In this document: positions 38,031 through 47,083 of the stretch, piece after piece | Numbering within the stretch: the first letter of the stretch is position 1 | How the letters are laid out: each line of letters opens with the position of its first letter | IMG/VR virus record: IMGVR_UViG_3300024265_000061 | Coordinates: 1 to 55,673 of that record | Direction: 5' to 3' (one strand) | DNA length: 55,673 nt | Source: a virus | Taxonomy: Duplodnaviria; Caudoviricetes | Notes under the pieces: generated by a model | Seen by the model: the letters and a program-made list of their open reading frames with translations, nothing else | What the model was told of the DNA's origin: nothing | Databases searched by the model: none | Program-made: the position numbers and the translations under genes

Positions 38031-38507
38031 ATGAGAATCAAGAGAACCGAAGTAAAAGTTTATCCATTTGCTGAATTGTCGGACGAAGTACAGGAAACAA
38101 TAATTGAAAGATTTAGAGATTCTGCTATTGATTATGAATGGTGGGAAAATACTTTTGAAGATGCAGAGAATGTCGGGATTATAATCGAAGAATTTGATAT
38201 TGACCGGGCATCATTTTGTCGGGGAACCATTGATGACGCAATAGACACGGCCAGAGCTATCCTTAAAGGACATGGCGATACTTGTGAGACATGGCAGACG
38301 GCTAAAAACTTTCACGATGCAGTGGCAAAAGATGGAGAAGATACAGAGGATTATGAGAACCTATGTTTGGATTTTAAGTATAGTCTATTGGAGGATTATC
38401 GTATTATCCTACAAAAGGAATATGAGTATCTTCTATCAGATACAGTCATAAGAGACACAATAGACGCAAACGAATATGAGTTTACAGTCAATGGAGTATT
38501 GGCGTAA
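38031..38507 (+). CDS. Acidic hypothetical phage protein (early region)
   Basis: VYPFAELSDE..YEWWE..EYEYL..ANEYEFT; highly acidic. Confidence 0.65.
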   Translation: MRIKRTEVKVYPFAELSDEVQETIIERFRDSAIDYEWWENTFEDAENVGIIIEEFDIDRASFCRGTIDDAIDTARAILKGHGDTCETWQTAKNFHDAVAKDGEDTEDYENLCLDFKYSLLEDYRIILQKEYEYLLSDTVIRDTIDANEYEFTVNGVLA

Positions 38508-38699
38508 TGCTTATTGACCATAAAATCACGGTAGAGAAGCGGATGATAGTTTACGGTTATGCTAATAGACATGACAAACATCGAGAGCAGCGGCGTAAAA
38601 GGATTAAGGATTGTATCGCGTCAATACGCAGATTGCAAAACAATCCGACTGATAAAGATAGATACTGGAATCCGGCTCACGGAGATTAGGAGAAATAAA

Positions 38700-39005
38700 A
38701 TGAAAGTTAGAAACATGACAAACAGTAATGGTCGGGCAGTGCCAAATCAGTTTTTTATTAGTGGGATAAGCCCCGAATCATTTCAAATCGGCGTTAAATA
38801 TGAAACAGGAATACTGGGGTATGCTTTTCAGTCTTATCAAAGCGTAATCGTTTTTATGTATCGTGGACGAGTTTATCTCGACTGCAATAAATGGGACTAC
38901 TCCAAAACAGCCAGCAGATACCGGAACCTGTTTCTTGGTGAAACTACAAAAGAGACACAAGTCAAGATTGACTCCGGGGAATATATCTTGACGAACCTGA
39001 ATTAG
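38700..39005 (+). CDS. Hypothetical phage protein
   Basis: AGGAG RBS; GRAVPNQF..FQSYQS..WDYSKT..YRNLFLGE. Confidence 0.65.
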   Translation: MKVRNMTNSNGRAVPNQFFISGISPESFQIGVKYETGILGYAFQSYQSVIVFMYRGRVYLDCNKWDYSKTASRYRNLFLGETTKETQVKIDSGEYILTNLN

Positions 39006-39088
39006 AGGGTAGGTTTAGGACTGATTGAATTGAGATCGTCCATTACAGAGGACGTGAGAGAATCGAATTTTAGCAAAAGGGGATAAAA

Positions 39089-39349
39089 ATGGAAATTACA
39101 GTATTGAAATGTGATAGATGTAAAAAAGAGGTTAAGGGATTGATCGAGTATAGCTTTATCAATCGTAACATTCAGGAGGAGGACGGAAATGAGAAGCCGC
39201 TTGACGGACTCACTTCTCTTATGATATTTGGCAAGCAGATAGAATATCCAACTGTTCAGGGGGGATTGTGTTTGGATTGTATTGAGGAAATCAGCAGGTG
39301 GTTAGGACATCCGGAGAATATGCTAACTGTCGGGAAGGATGGAGGATAA
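39089..39349 (+). CDS. Zn-ribbon hypothetical protein
   Basis: CDRC..CLDC. Confidence 0.55.
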   Translation: MEITVLKCDRCKKEVKGLIEYSFINRNIQEEDGNEKPLDGLTSLMIFGKQIEYPTVQGGLCLDCIEEISRWLGHPENMLTVGKDGG

Positions 39350-39427
39350 TAATGAATGATACTCGATACGACGACGGCGTTTTGGTTTGTAACATAACAA
39401 CAATCAGGTTAAGTTAGGAGGTGTAAA

Positions 39428-39685
39428 ATGTTGACAATAGGGGATTATAAAGAACCAACAAGTCATCCTTTTGGTATGTTAAGCAACTATGAAGAGGAGT
39501 CATTCATGGCATGGTTTCTCAGTAAGTGTATTGAGGAGGGGGATTTGGATGCAAGTATTAAGACTGTAGTAAATGAGGATCATATGTGCAGTCCGTCTAT
39601 TGGTATGTTGTTGAAAGTATCCAGTCAGACTTATAAGTTGACGACTAAAGCAAAGGGTTTGTTGTATGCCCATTATGGAGTATAA
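39428..39685 (+). CDS. Hypothetical protein
   Basis: AGGAGGT RBS. Confidence 0.55.
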   Translation: MLTIGDYKEPTSHPFGMLSNYEEESFMAWFLSKCIEEGDLDASIKTVVNEDHMCSPSIGMLLKVSSQTYKLTTKAKGLLYAHYGV

Positions 39686-39819
39686 CCGGTAGAATGTAAG
39701 GGTTATGGTTATAGCCCTCATCAATCATAAAACACTCGTTTTATATTCACTTCACCGAGGCCCTGGCCGGAGCTACCTCCACTCCAACAAAGCCGGGGCC
39801 TTCACTTTGATCCATCCCA

Positions 39820-40005
39820 GCAGTATAAGCCCAGCTTATTATAAGTATAGCTTATAGTGTGATAGTATAAGCAAAACTTATAGTAGCTGTCGGTATTACT
39901 AAGGGATTGGCCACCGAGTCCGATAACATAAGCTCAGCTTATAGTATATGGCCCGCCAGTCCATCAGCCAGTCCGATAACATCACTGCGGAGGGGGAGGG
40001 GGGTC
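39820..40005. repeat. Short-repeat cluster at a strand-composition switch (candidate origin or packaging/terminus region)
   Basis: AGTATAAGC x2, CTTATAGT x3, AGTCCGATAACAT x2, then a G-tract. Confidence 0.55.
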
Positions 40006-40198
40006 GGCCCCTGGGCGAAGTGTGATATTGTTGGTGAAAGGAAACGCCCGTTAAAACTCAAAAAAAATTCCGAGCCAAAATTTACGCAGTCCAGTACGCC
40101 AAAATCCCCTATAGTAAATTTTCCAAAAAATACAACATATATATAGTATCTCCCATATCCGGTTGGCAAAAAAAATAAAAAAAATCCCCAAAAATCCC

Positions 40199-40227
40199 TT
40201 GACTCAGATTCCCCAGTATACTATAAT
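40199..40227 (+). promoter_or_regulatory. sigma70-like promoter
   Basis: TTGACT-N17-TATAAT with A-tracts upstream. Confidence 0.8.
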
Positions 40228-40269
40228 ACAACCATAGAAACCGAAACCTTAATTTGAAAGGAACCCAAA

Positions 40270-40617
40270 ATGAGTGAAGTTGCCGACAAACTATGTGCTG
40301 CCATAAGACACGAGGGCGAGAAACAGCGTCAACAAGTATTGGTCTCAATTAAAATAGACCTTTCTATCCCCGAAGCAGAAAGACTTGTAGCTGAAAATAA
40401 AATTCACGATAAATCCTTCCAGTATGAACTTAAAAAAAGAATGACGGGTCTTTTACATCATATAAATCCCAACTGTGATGTGCGATTCCCAGTATTAGAG
40501 GCTGGTCATCTTAATTGTTTTGCCATAGACTATACAAATAGTGGAAGGGTAATAGAAAATCTTATCGCTGAGGCATTTGCATTTCCCCAAGAATCTCCTC
40601 GAAAGGAACCAAAATGA
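40270..40617 (+). CDS. Hypothetical protein
   Basis: GAAAGG RBS. Confidence 0.6.
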   Translation: MSEVADKLCAAIRHEGEKQRQQVLVSIKIDLSIPEAERLVAENKIHDKSFQYELKKRMTGLLHHINPNCDVRFPVLEAGHLNCFAIDYTNSGRVIENLIAEAFAFPQESPRKEPK

Positions 40618-40877
40618 AAAACGCCGACATCGCCAAAATCCGCCAACTCCTTCAAAAAGCCCAAAAGGAGGTAGGAAATCTCACTCCTGCCGATGTATGT
40701 TATCCTTTGTATGGTGAGGTAGCGGTTGAAAAAACTATCAGCAAAGCTATCGCCCTCCTCCCATGCCCAACCTGCGACGGTGCTGATAAGTTACGCAACT
40801 ATAATTCAGCGGGCCAATGTACAAGTAGTTCCCCCTGCCCCGACTGCCAGAAAAAACCCATTGACAAACAATCCTAA
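40614..40877 (+). CDS. Hypothetical protein with DnaJ-like CxxCxG Zn motif
   Basis: CPTCDG..CPDC. Confidence 0.55.
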   Translation: MKNADIAKIRQLLQKAQKEVGNLTPADVCYPLYGEVAVEKTISKAIALLPCPTCDGADKLRNYNSAGQCTSSSPCPDCQKKPIDKQS

Positions 40878-40888
40878 TCTGCTACAAT
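40861..40888 (+). promoter_or_regulatory. sigma70-like promoter
   Basis: TTGACA-N16-TACAAT with TGn extension. Confidence 0.65.
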
Positions 40889-41038
40889 ACAACATAGAGC
40901 GGAGATGACAACTGAGTTAAGGAAAGGATATGCGGACACCTATCGCAATCATGCACATCAAATACGGGTCACAGCCCGTCATAGGGGCTGGTTTTGCCTT
41001 GTCCGCTTCCCCAGCCCCACCTTTTTGAAAGGATAAAA

Positions 41039-41155
41039 ATGAAATATCATTATGAATGTTATGAGTGCGGATTTGAGTGGGACAGTGAAGATGATGAAGA
41101 ACGTTGCTCTGAATGTGGTGCATCTGAGAATATTGAAGTAACAGAAATTTCCTGA
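41039..41155 (+). CDS. 38-aa Zn-ribbon protein
   Basis: GAAAGG RBS; YECYECG..RCSECGA. Confidence 0.55.
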   Translation: MKYHYECYECGFEWDSEDDEERCSECGASENIEVTEIS

Positions 41156-41163
41156 TTAACCAG

Positions 41164-42249
41164 ATGGGTATAGCCAAAAAAGAACCTGTTTTTGTCTGGG
41201 GGGATAAGGTCAAGGTCGAGCACATCGACTGGCTCTGGCCCAACCGCTTCCCGCTCAGTATGCTGTCCCTGATGGTAGGAATCGGTGGTGTCAGTAAATC
41301 TACCCTCTGCCTCTACATGGCAGCCCAGATAACCACTGGCCGACCTTGGATAGACGACCCGCCCGGAACCGCCCGAGAACCAGGCGATGTTATAATCCTA
41401 TCCGCTGAGGACTTACCAGGCCAAATCATTATCCCCCGCCTAATTGCTATGCAGGCCGACCTCAGTAGAGTCTGTATCCTTAAAGCCACCAAAGTCACGT
41501 TAGATAACGGCCAAACTGGAATTGTAGGCATCGAGGACTTAACCAAATCCGGCGATCTTGATATGCTCCTCGCTGTCTTAGACCAAGCTCCAAATCCCAA
41601 ACTGGCTATCATTGACCCCTACACTGGCTATATGGGCAACTCTGACTCCAATGACAACATTGCTGTCCGAGGATTTCTCCGCCCCCTTGGTGATGTAGCG
41701 GCAGATTACGGCATCTCCATAATCGGCATAACCCACCTCAACAAGAAAGAAGATTCATCCGCTGCTTTCCGCGTCCTCGGCTCTGTAGGCCAACAGAACG
41801 CCGCCCGCATGGTCTGGCTGGTCGCTCAAGACCCTGACGCAGAGGATCGACGCTATATGGTCTGGCTCAAAGGCAATCTGGCCCCACGCACTCACGGTTT
41901 GGCCTACCGGCTCCTCAACACACCCGTCATGGCCGATAACCGTACATCCTACCAACCCTCTTGCAGCTTCGAGAAAACAGAAATCCATCTCACCGCCGAA
42001 GAACTGCTGGCCCCCCGGCCCAAAAAATCAGGCCGACCTCGCAAACAAACCGACGCTTCAGAGTGGCTCGAATCCATCCTATCCAAAGGCTCTGTCGACT
42101 CCAAACTAATATTCTCAGAAGGTGAAGAACTCGGCTACTCCTCTGCAACTCTAAACCGAGTCAAGAAATCAATGGGTATTTTAGGTATCCCAATCCGCCC
42201 CAAGGGAAGTCCTCATATAGACCATTGGGATTGGAGATTGCCATCATAA
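41164..42249 (+). CDS. AAA_25 / RepA-like (SF4-related) helicase with C-terminal putative winged-helix; no primase domain
   Basis: IDWLWPNRFP..GIGGVSKST..SAED..IIDP..ITHLNK..LGS..AAR..KGN. Confidence 0.8.
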   Translation: MGIAKKEPVFVWGDKVKVEHIDWLWPNRFPLSMLSLMVGIGGVSKSTLCLYMAAQITTGRPWIDDPPGTAREPGDVIILSAEDLPGQIIIPRLIAMQADLSRVCILKATKVTLDNGQTGIVGIEDLTKSGDLDMLLAVLDQAPNPKLAIIDPYTGYMGNSDSNDNIAVRGFLRPLGDVAADYGISIIGITHLNKKEDSSAAFRVLGSVGQQNAARMVWLVAQDPDAEDRRYMVWLKGNLAPRTHGLAYRLLNTPVMADNRTSYQPSCSFEKTEIHLTAEELLAPRPKKSGRPRKQTDASEWLESILSKGSVDSKLIFSEGEELGYSSATLNRVKKSMGILGIPIRPKGSPHIDHWDWRLPS

Positions 42250-42452
42250 CCGATACATCCACTACAACTGCCTTGCAGACCCCCCACTGGGGGGAATTGA
42301 TAATGTTCATTATTAGACTAATATCCCACACTATCAGAACCTCCCTCCCCCCGCTCCGCAAGCAAAATCACCCGCCAGGCCCTCCAAACGGCACTTTCCG
42401 CTCTACATTATCAAATACTGATAATGTAGGTTACAGTTATTATGAGGCTAAA

Positions 42453-42650
42453 ATGATACAAGAAAATACAATTATATTTCTGCGAGCTATGCTATGTGAT
42501 GGCCCAGAACCAGCCCAAGAAATTATCTCCCGGGGCATTCAAGCAGGGTTCCTCCTCAGCCAACTCAAAGCTGCTAAAAAAGCAGATGGAATTAAATCAG
42601 TCCCGGAATATAGAGAGAATGGTAAAATAAAAAAATGGTGGTGGGTATAA
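42453..42650 (+). CDS. Stand-alone paralogue of the helicase C-terminal domain
   Basis: FLRAMLCDGP..GIQAGF..LKAAKKADGI..WWW aligns by eye with WLESILSKGS..GEELGY..LNRVKKSMGI..WDW. Confidence 0.6.
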   Translation: MIQENTIIFLRAMLCDGPEPAQEIISRGIQAGFLLSQLKAAKKADGIKSVPEYRENGKIKKWWWV

Positions 42651-42657
42651 AAAAGAC

Positions 42658-42686
42658 TTGACTTTTCCCACAGGAATCAGTACAAT
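42658..42686 (+). promoter_or_regulatory. sigma70-like promoter
   Basis: TTGACT-N17-TACAAT. Confidence 0.7.
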
Positions 42687-42708
42687 AGAGAAAATTGAAA
42701 GGAACCTA

Positions 42709-42906
42709 ATGATTGACCCTGTTTGTTTGTTGCACGGCAAGAAGTTTTCAGAACACGAATTAGGATATTGTTTGTATTGTTGTTTGTGTTTCAAACCTCT
42801 AACTCCAGAAGAATGCAACATACGAGCAGATGGGAAAAAGGAAGATGTTTGTAAACCTTGTGGAGAAAAAGAAAGAAACCAAATGAGTCGAAGGGGCAAA
42901 CATTAA
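42709..42906 (+). CDS. Cys-rich small protein
   Basis: GAAAGG RBS. Confidence 0.55.
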   Translation: MIDPVCLLHGKKFSEHELGYCLYCCLCFKPLTPEECNIRADGKKEDVCKPCGEKERNQMSRRGKH

Positions 42907-42967
42907 CCTGGCCCGCGTGGTACGGGATGTAAACGTAAGCCCCCTTCGACTTTTTAAGGAACCTAAA

Positions 42968-43129
42968 ATGAGAGTAACCAATGCAAAAAATTGTTATTGT
43001 CATACTTGCAATAAAGATTTTCATTATCTCGGTATAGCTCGTCACAGGGCAAAACACCGAGAAAAAAAAGAAACCTGTGAAATAACATATACATCCGGGA
43101 AGACTTATATTCATTCCTATGGAGAATAA
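42968..43129 (+). CDS. Small C2H2-like Zn-finger protein
   Basis: CHTC..F..LGIARHRAKH. Confidence 0.5.
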   Translation: MRVTNAKNCYCHTCNKDFHYLGIARHRAKHREKKETCEITYTSGKTYIHSYGE

Positions 43130-43257
43130 AGATGGGTAGAAACTGGGTTCCTAAATACAAAGTCAGATGCAAATGTGGTTGGCGAGGCGTTAGAGCCACC
43201 ATCCGTAAGTCCTGTCCCAAGTGTGGGCACTTCTATCCCCAGAGACAAAAATAAGAT

Positions 43258-43551
43258 ATGTTAACCAACGACCGAAATATAATCGGAGTAGTGATAGAAT
43301 GCTACGACCACTCTGCAACTCATCGCATAATGGTCGCCCAGTTGAATGATGAACCAGAGGCAAAAGAATTTCTCTATTTCTATCTTCCCAAAACCCCCAA
43401 CATAGATTTCGGAGACCATATCCAAATAAACCTTGCGGAGGACAGAATCTATGTTGTCAAAGGAAACTCCCGACTATCCTACAGAATAATCCCCTCCACA
43501 TTCCCGAATACCTTACTCTGGGAGCTAATGACCGAAAGGATGAACCTATGA
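43258..43551 (+). CDS. Hypothetical protein
   Basis: 97-aa ORF. Confidence 0.55.
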   Translation: MLTNDRNIIGVVIECYDHSATHRIMVAQLNDEPEAKEFLYFYLPKTPNIDFGDHIQINLAEDRIYVVKGNSRLSYRIIPSTFPNTLLWELMTERMNL

Positions 43552-44249
43552 AAAAACAAGGTATAATTCGATCTTTCTCCACCGGCCCCTATAACAAAAT
43601 GAACGACACCGAACAATGGATACGCCTCTCCCAAGGATGTCCCAATCGATGTGACTTCTGTTATGAACCTCCGCAGATGATTGAATTTCCAATCCCGCTG
43701 ATTGAACGCAACCGGGTTAAGATAATGGACATGAACCTACTATCTCAAAAGGACGCTATCTATACTATTCAGCATTTAGGTGGGATTAAAGTCAACAACA
43801 AAGTCGTACACTATGAACTCGTATGTGGAATAGACCATCGATTTCTAACTCTTCTTCTTGCGGAGGGTTTGAAAAAATCCCGATTCAAAAAGATTCGTCT
43901 GGCGTGGGATTTCGGATACATGGAACAATTTAGGATCAGGAAGGCTCTGAAATTATTGATGGCTGTCGGGTACAGGTCGAAAGATTTGACTATCTTTATG
44001 ATTTGCAACTGGAAAATCCCCTACGAGGAATGTCTCAAGAAACTGTACCTATGTGCTATATGGTCTGTGAAGGTAGCCGATTGCTACTTTGACGGCCAGA
44101 TTTCTCCAAACATAATCCCTATTGGATGGGCGGCAGACCAAATAAAAGACTTCCGCAGGCGTGTCCGAAAACATAATCAACTGGTGAATTTTGGGATAGA
44201 CCCTGAACTGAAAAAGCCCTCTTGGAAACACATCAAAAATCTGATATAA
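43548..44249 (+). CDS. Radical SAM superfamily protein
   Basis: LSQGCPNRCDFC (CxxxCxxC), then DMN, GIDHR, IRLAWD partial TIM-barrel motifs. Confidence 0.75.
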   Translation: MKKQGIIRSFSTGPYNKMNDTEQWIRLSQGCPNRCDFCYEPPQMIEFPIPLIERNRVKIMDMNLLSQKDAIYTIQHLGGIKVNNKVVHYELVCGIDHRFLTLLLAEGLKKSRFKKIRLAWDFGYMEQFRIRKALKLLMAVGYRSKDLTIFMICNWKIPYEECLKKLYLCAIWSVKVADCYFDGQISPNIIPIGWAADQIKDFRRRVRKHNQLVNFGIDPELKKPSWKHIKNLI

Positions 44250-44268
44250 TATAGTAAAGGAAGAAATT

Positions 44269-44685
44269 ATGGGTGAATTAAAGATACCAAAAGTCCACGA
44301 CTTCGGTTTTGGAGAATTAGTCGAGCTTTCTCATTTAGAGACCACCTTTGATATTTCAAGAGGGGTCGCATTAAAATATCTCAAAGTTCTACATATTCAA
44401 CCTCTATATTTTAAGGATGATGTATTTTTCTGTTTGCCTACTTTTAATAGGATTTTATTTGTTCTTAGTCGGCCCGGCAGTCCCGGATTCATATTTCCTG
44501 CCAGCAAAGCCAAGGCCAATCAACATCTCCGCAAGAAAGGTTTTCTCACTGAGGTCAATGATGGCATCCTCACAGAAGCCGCTTCCCCCCGAATCTTGGC
44601 AGAGATGGCGGCTACTTCCGGTCGGGACAATTCAATGATTAAAAAGTTAGTTACACATCCCTCCGCAGAGAAAGGGGACAAATAA
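44269..44685 (+). CDS. Hypothetical protein, possible HTH
   Basis: LSHLETTFDISRGVALKYL. Confidence 0.5.
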   Translation: MGELKIPKVHDFGFGELVELSHLETTFDISRGVALKYLKVLHIQPLYFKDDVFFCLPTFNRILFVLSRPGSPGFIFPASKAKANQHLRKKGFLTEVNDGILTEAASPRILAEMAATSGRDNSMIKKLVTHPSAEKGDK

Positions 44686-44838
44686 TATGGCGAGGTTTTG
44701 TGTGGATTGTGAATGGTTAAAAAATGGGCGATGTCCTAAAACTAAGAAAAATAATTATCCGTTAAGTTCAGATAGTCCCTATATAAACCCCGATGATTGG
44801 TGTGCGGATTTTAGTCTTAAACCAGAAAGAGTTGAAAA

Positions 44839-45111
44839 ATGAAGTTAGCTCGTTTGTGGAATTTATTGCCTAATGATTTACATTTGTTTGGGCCGGGGAC
44901 ACGAATCCATAGGCTCGTTCAGAGGATTATAGATAAAGTAAAGAAGTGTCCGAATTGTGGTAGTTCTCAATTCCAAAAAAATCGACTACGTTGTTATCGG
45001 GGTTGGCATTGGTTTTGTCTTGATTGCTCTCTTAGTTTCAGAACCGCTGTGGATTGTCCCGTCTGCTATAAAAAACTTCCAAACTCTATAAAAAAAGGGG
45101 AACAAAAATGA
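44839..45111 (+). CDS. Zn-ribbon hypothetical protein
   Basis: CPNC, CLDC, CPVC. Confidence 0.5.
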   Translation: MKLARLWNLLPNDLHLFGPGTRIHRLVQRIIDKVKKCPNCGSSQFQKNRLRCYRGWHWFCLDCSLSFRTAVDCPVCYKKLPNSIKKGEQK

Positions 45112-45473
45112 AACTTGCAATCGTAGGTGGCCGAACATTTGATGATTATCCAAAACTCTGTGGGATAATAGGAACTCACTTTTATTACTTAATAAATTGT
45201 GTCGCCGCCAATGACGATGAAATAATATCAGGTGGTGCAAATGGGGCTGATGGTTTAGCTAAAAAGTATGCAGTTTGTTGTGGTTTAAGATATATAGAAT
45301 TTCTTGCAGAGTGGGACAAATACGGCAAGTCGGCGGGATTCCTTCGCAACCAGACAATAGTTGACAACTGTGATATGGTACTGGCCTTCTGGGATGGTAA
45401 ATCTCGCGGAACTGCCGACACAATCGAAAAAGCCAAAAGAGCAAAGAAACCAACTTTTATTGTATTTTATTAG
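45108..45473 (+). CDS. SLOG / YspA-like (DUF2493) protein
   Basis: AIVGGRTF..ISGGANGAD..GKSAGFLRN..AFWDGKSRGT. Confidence 0.85.
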   Translation: MKLAIVGGRTFDDYPKLCGIIGTHFYYLINCVAANDDEIISGGANGADGLAKKYAVCCGLRYIEFLAEWDKYGKSAGFLRNQTIVDNCDMVLAFWDGKSRGTADTIEKAKRAKKPTFIVFY

Positions 45474-45629
45474 GAGGTAGAAAATGATTAAGCTTATTCT
45501 TCTTTGGTGGTTTACATGCAGTTTTATTTCATTGGCAACTGACTTAATAAACTTAGGATTAGATTGTCCTAATGTATTTTTAACTATCCTATCCGGGCCA
45601 ATAGGTCTTATAAAGAGAATTATATTTTA

Positions 45630-46376
45630 ATGACCAACGAAATTGAAAAACCAAATCCTGATGATGTGTTGGCGGCCATTACCAGCTTTAATGACCCGTC
45701 TATCATCACAAATATATTTCGGGAACTTGGGTGGACATATTCTTTTGAGATTAAAGAGTGGCTTATATTGGCCAAACAGAATGCCAATCTCTCTGTTAAA
45801 TCTAAAGCTCTTATTCAGCTTCGTCATTTACTACAGGAGGCCGCTGAAACTGCGGGTTATACAGCTAAAATATCTCAAACGATGCCTAATGCCCAAGGAG
45901 GTCAAACTACTTTCTCAGCAAAACGTATCTCCGGTATTTTGAATCCGGTCAAACAAATAAAATCAACTATTAAGGAATCCAAAAATGTCCAAACCGAAGA
46001 AACCCGAACCGAACCCAATCGAGAAAGCGATAGGCGAGAGAACGAAACCGAAAACGGAAGTGGAGAAAATACTCCAAGCCCCGACAGAGGTAGCAAAGAA
46101 GATTCTATCCGAGATACCAGACGAGCCTTCCCCCTCGGAGATGCTGAATTTGGAGGAATTGAACCGCCAGACGGAGGAGAGATTTCAGGAAGAGTGGCCG
46201 GAGGATGCGGCGACGGGGCCGACAACTGTAAAGACAGCGGAACAACTCAAAGAGGAGAGGGTATTGGGAATGGCGGAAGTGGTGGGGTCATTGAAGGAGG
46301 AAGTCCCTGTATCAAAACCCGTCCCCCAACCTGTGACAGAGATTTATTCCCCGGAATCTCCTCCGCAGAAGAATGA
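45630..46376 (+). CDS. Hypothetical protein, candidate small terminase
   Basis: Helical N-terminal 118 aa, upstream of the large terminase; tail overlaps the next ORF. Confidence 0.45.
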   Translation: MTNEIEKPNPDDVLAAITSFNDPSIITNIFRELGWTYSFEIKEWLILAKQNANLSVKSKALIQLRHLLQEAAETAGYTAKISQTMPNAQGGQTTFSAKRISGILNPVKQIKSTIKESKNVQTEETRTEPNRESDRRENETENGSGENTPSPDRGSKEDSIRDTRRAFPLGDAEFGGIEPPDGGEISGRVAGGCGDGADNCKDSGTTQRGEGIGNGGSGGVIEGGSPCIKTRPPTCDRDLFPGISSAEE

Positions 46377-46869
46377 TTTTTATTGTCCTGCTTGTGGGAT
46401 TTCGTTTGAGAGTAATAAGGTTCTAATAGGCCATGATTGTGAAGCAGCCCAAAAAGAGGTGCAAGAGTATGAGGGTATGAAAAAAGAATTCACAACACTT
46501 CAAATGAATTGTAAATATTGTATTCCTGCGGAGGATATTGAACTTACGGCTCTTCGGAAATATATTCTGGAGGATGGTTTTGTCTTGGCCACCGTCGCTT
46601 TTCATATCGTGACATTATGTGCTCAACCGATGGTGACACCATCAACGACTACTTGGGATTTCAAAGACCGGGCAAATGTTCCAGATATGGTTTTGGCTCT
46701 CCTGAATCAGCCAGGGTATCTTGAAGGTATTTGGCCAAGCCTGAGAATTGTGATGGGTTCAAATAAAGGTAATTCTGCTTGGTGTGCAGGAATCGCTACG
46801 ACCTTGGCATTTTTCGATACCGTGAGGTTGCTCCCAACATTAAAGGAGTTACAAGATGAAGAAAAGTAG
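45985..46869 (+). CDS. Hypothetical protein with E/P-rich N-terminus and Zn motif
   Basis: Own AAGGA RBS; FYCPACG..HDC. Confidence 0.55.
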   Translation: MSKPKKPEPNPIEKAIGERTKPKTEVEKILQAPTEVAKKILSEIPDEPSPSEMLNLEELNRQTEERFQEEWPEDAATGPTTVKTAEQLKEERVLGMAEVVGSLKEEVPVSKPVPQPVTEIYSPESPPQKNDFYCPACGISFESNKVLIGHDCEAAQKEVQEYEGMKKEFTTLQMNCKYCIPAEDIELTALRKYILEDGFVLATVAFHIVTLCAQPMVTPSTTTWDFKDRANVPDMVLALLNQPGYLEGIWPSLRIVMGSNKGNSAWCAGIATTLAFFDTVRLLPTLKELQDEEK

Positions 46870-47080
46870 AAACATACATCTAAGGGACGTTTGTGATTTA
46901 GAGGCCAAAAATTTTGATACTGAATTCCAACTCGACTTTTTCGACTATCAGAAAAATTTGAATGTTGTGGTGCATTTACCTCGATGGTGGATTAAGGTTA
47001 TAGCGAGCCAGTTGTGGTTGGTAATCAAAGACGAACAACAAGAATTAGATAAAATTAAAGATAGTATGCTTGAGCCTTAA
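46856..47080 (+). CDS. Hypothetical protein
   Basis: AAAGGAG RBS. Confidence 0.55.
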   Translation: MKKSRNIHLRDVCDLEAKNFDTEFQLDFFDYQKNLNVVVHLPRWWIKVIASQLWLVIKDEQQELDKIKDSMLEP

Positions 47081-47083
47081 AGA

